DNA from: Bacillaceae bacterium
GTDB lineage: Bacteria; Bacillota; Bacilli; Bacillales; Alkalibacillaceae
Assembly: GCA_017656265.1 (NCBI GenBank)
Contig: JACDOD010000007.1
Span: 66,016 to 130,015, forward strand
Length of the DNA stretch: 64,000 nt
Direction of reading: 5' to 3'
Part shown: one piece after another, positions 61,755 to 64,000 of the stretch
How positions within the stretch are numbered: the first letter of the stretch is position 1
Layout of the letters: every line of letters begins with the position of its first letter
The notes under the pieces: model-generated
What the model was told of the DNA's origin: nothing
The model's database searches: none
Seen by the model: the letters and a program-made list of their open reading frames with translations, nothing else
Translations under genes and position numbers: made by a program

Positions 61755-62295
61755 TAGCGTTGCATAAATATAGTTAGAATATTCAGATTTCCTATATCTC
61801 TACCAAATGAGCAAAAAAGCTCATGCAACTCTATAGGTGGCATTGTCCATTTGGTAAACATATACATTTATTCCTTTCGACTACAGTGACTGCAACAGTT
61901 ACGATGTGATAGTTGCGATGTACTAATTGAATCGAACCCTAGGACATTCTGTAAACCCTTATCTTAAAGCACATCACCCATGGCGTGTAATCTTTCAGAC
62001 TCATGCAATAGCGCATACAACATGAATTGGATGTAAGCCTTTGTTGTGAGTTTTTTGGTGTTATGATCGGTTTTCAATGTTTCAATTTGTTCATAAACTT
62101 TTTTGAAATTTATAGGTGAAACCCATTTACCAAATGAGGAAAGTGGTGTATTCTGTCCATAATGGTATTCCTTTACTTTGGATTTGGACAGGAACCACCT
62201 GTACTTTCCATTGTAAAGGATTTTTTTATGGACTGAACACTTTTTTGAACATTATGATTATTTTGAATCATTTGATTTGATTAATGCAACGCTAG
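61755..62295 (-). mobile_element. internally deleted IS (IS4-like), 541 bp, with terminal inverted repeats
   Basis: CTAGCGTTGCAT at 61755-61766 is repeated in inverted orientation at 62284-62295 (12 of 12, and 15 of 16 when extended). It contains copy 2 of the 148-bp repeat and a startless 95-codon frame (61964-62251, minus strand) reading ...KWVSPINFKKVYEQIETLKTDHNTKKLTTKAYIQFMLYALLHESERLHAMGDVL, which resembles a DUF4372-type transposase N-terminus. Confidence 0.55.
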
Positions 62296-62485
62296 TGACA
62301 GAATATATATTCATTAGTACAGCTAAATTGTGGAAATCTGTTATACGATTAAACTATCCAGTTTCATGATACAATACATTGGGTTCTTATCTATTTAATT
62401 CCACGTTGAACAATAGCAAAACAAAATCAGCGAGGACTTGCCCCTAATCGAAACACTCCATTAATGGTTTGAAAGGTGGATGGTG

Positions 62486-63097
62486 ATGTATATCCCAAAG
62501 TATTTTAAAGTTACAGATTTTGATGAAATCAGAGATTTTATGAAGAGAAACTCGTTTGGAACCATTGTAACTGCACAGCAAGGAAAACCTATTGCTACTC
62601 ATTTGCCTTTGGAATTGCATAAACGAGGAGATGATTACTATATAACCGGACATATGGCTTATGCGAATCCTCAATGGCGAACATTTGAAAATAATCATGA
62701 ACATGTCCTTGTTATATATCAGGGACCCCATGCCTACATCTCATCTTCCTGGTATCAGTCTGAAAATGTACCAACCTGGAATTACCAATCAGTCCATGTA
62801 TATGGCACAGCAAGTATAATGAACGAACAAGAGTTACAAGAAGATCTTGCACTATTATTAAAAAAATATGAACAACATCGTAAGAATCCTGTTTTATGGG
62901 AAAACCTTTCTTCACAAACTAAAAAGCAAATCAAAGGTGTGGTTGGATTTAAAATTAAAGTTCAAGAAGTTCAAGCTGCTTATAAATTAAGCCAAAATCG
63001 AAATCAAGAAGACTACTATAATATCATTGATAAGCTGTATGAAGAAGGAGATTTAAATTCACAGCAGATGGCAGAAGTGATGAAAAACAGAGAATGA
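62486..63097 (+). CDS. paiB: FMN-binding negative transcriptional regulator PaiB family
   Basis: MYIPKYFKVTDFDEIRDFMKRNSFGTIVT... is typical of PaiB. Start at ATG 62486, 6 nt after AAAGGTGG. Confidence 0.85.
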   Translation: MYIPKYFKVTDFDEIRDFMKRNSFGTIVTAQQGKPIATHLPLELHKRGDDYYITGHMAYANPQWRTFENNHEHVLVIYQGPHAYISSSWYQSENVPTWNYQSVHVYGTASIMNEQELQEDLALLLKKYEQHRKNPVLWENLSSQTKKQIKGVVGFKIKVQEVQAAYKLSQNRNQEDYYNIIDKLYEEGDLNSQQMAEVMKNRE

Positions 63098-63242
63098 CCT
63101 ATGATCTGTATAAATAAGAACGTGAAAATGTTACTAAAAATTATTTAGGAACATTGATTGAAGAAGACTTATTCCAAACTGCATAATTGGCAATCCTATA
63201 TTTTCTGTGTTTAATCCTGAACATGCCGGAAGCATATAAAAA

Positions 63243-63272
63243 TATCCCTGCAGACGTCTGGCTGCAGGGATA
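63243..63272 (-). terminator. intrinsic terminator
   Basis: Minus strand ATCCCTGCAG-CCAGACGT-CTGCAGGGAT followed by a T-rich tract. Confidence 0.55.
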
Positions 63273-63297
63273 TCTCATGGAAAGAGGGGAAGGTCAT

Positions 63298-63393
63298 TCA
63301 TTCCATGGGGTCTTTCTCGATTTTCTTGTATATCAACAATCCTATTCCCAGTGAAACAAGGATTGTTCCAATAACTATATAAAATAGAATCAT
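63298..63393 (-). CDS. hypothetical 31-aa single-TM peptide
   Basis: Not in the ORF track. MILFYIVIGTILVSLGIGLLIYKKIEKDPME. A GAGGAAGAAG RBS precedes it and a terminator lies 25 nt downstream. Confidence 0.35.
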   Translation of the reverse strand: MILFYIVIGTILVSLGIGLLIYKKIEKDPME

Positions 63394-63488
63394 GCTTCTT
63401 CCTCATTTTTAAAAGATCATAATGAACCCTTCAACTTCATATTACAGATTTTACGTAAATTCTGTTTCATGTTTTCGTAAACTTCCTG

Positions 63489-63983
63489 TTAATTTTCCCT
63501 GGCTATCCACTGAAAATAGGATGTACTGATCCACTGATTCCCTTTATACCCTACTTCTTTCAGTTCTCCCGCATATTGAAAACCAAATTTCTTATGAAAA
63601 GCAATACTCGACTGATTTTCAGAGGTAATAACTGAAACAATCGTATGAAAATTTCTCTGTTTCGCTTCATTCAAAATAGCTCTCATTAACTTTCCTCCAA
63701 TCCCTTTTCCATGATAGGACGTATCTAAATAGATGGTCAGTTCTGCGGTATATCGGTATGCTTCTTTTGGACGGTATGGACTAAGATATGCATACCCCGC
63801 GATGATTCCATCCAGGTCAGCCACGAGGCAGGGATAATTGGAATCAAGTTGTTCATACCACCGGCGCAAATCATCCAGTGTTTTTGTTTCAGTTGTAAAC
63901 GTATGGGTAGTGTTCCGAATGTAATAATTCATGATTTCTACTAATGACGCCAAGTCTATTTCTTGAACTTCTCTGATTTTCAT
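63489..63983 (-). CDS. GNAT family N-acetyltransferase (phosphinothricin/MSO acetyltransferase-like)
   Basis: 164 aa with the acetyl-CoA binding motif HGKGIGGKLM and a PAT-like overall pattern. Confidence 0.88.
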   Translation of the reverse strand: MKIREVQEIDLASLVEIMNYYIRNTTHTFTTETKTLDDLRRWYEQLDSNYPCLVADLDGIIAGYAYLSPYRPKEAYRYTAELTIYLDTSYHGKGIGGKLMRAILNEAKQRNFHTIVSVITSENQSSIAFHKKFGFQYAGELKEVGYKGNQWISTSYFQWIAREN

Positions 63984-64000
63984 CCTTCATCTCCCTTATT

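Overview
This is a low-GC Firmicute (Bacillaceae-type) chromosomal segment. Its backbone is syntenic with the B. subtilis hom-yut-yun-suf-metNPQ-yus-fadNAE region (about 0-39 kb, almost all on the minus strand). A metal-homeostasis block follows: csoR-copA-copZ, a PCYCGC lipoprotein gene, DUF302 and znuACB-zur (39.8-47.3 kb). Next come c-di-GMP, crcB, ykoP/ykoN-like, peroxiredoxin and ilvA genes. The window ends with a decayed accessory patch (about 56-62.3 kb) bounded by remnants of one insertion sequence. No rRNA, tRNA or CRISPR was seen. Cis-regulatory RNAs I can read directly: one lysine riboswitch upstream of an NhaC-family transporter, and two tandem, nearly identical SAM-I (S-box) riboswitches upstream of metNPQ. 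Most worth a second look: (1) the tandem S-boxes, each with its own promoter and terminator; (2) an in-frame TGA in the PCYCGC lipoprotein gene next to the cop operon, apparently at a Cys of a CxxC motif; (3) two interspersed repeat families, a terminator-like hairpin with the invariant stem ATATCCGAAC (4 copies) and a GC-rich mosaic element with GUCCU-loop hairpins (3 copies, one of about 320 bp); (4) a 148-bp direct repeat that I interpret as IS ends flanking a 5.6-kb island of pseudogenes; (5) a 33-codon MetS-like ORF missed by the ORF track; (6) a CsoR/CstR-type palindrome upstream of a rhodanese-MBL gene. I found no convincing multi-gene novel system such as a defence island. All family names come from my reading of the translated ORFs and from memory, because no database search was possible. 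Many starts were moved from the longest-ORF start to the first start codon with a Shine-Dalgarno sequence.
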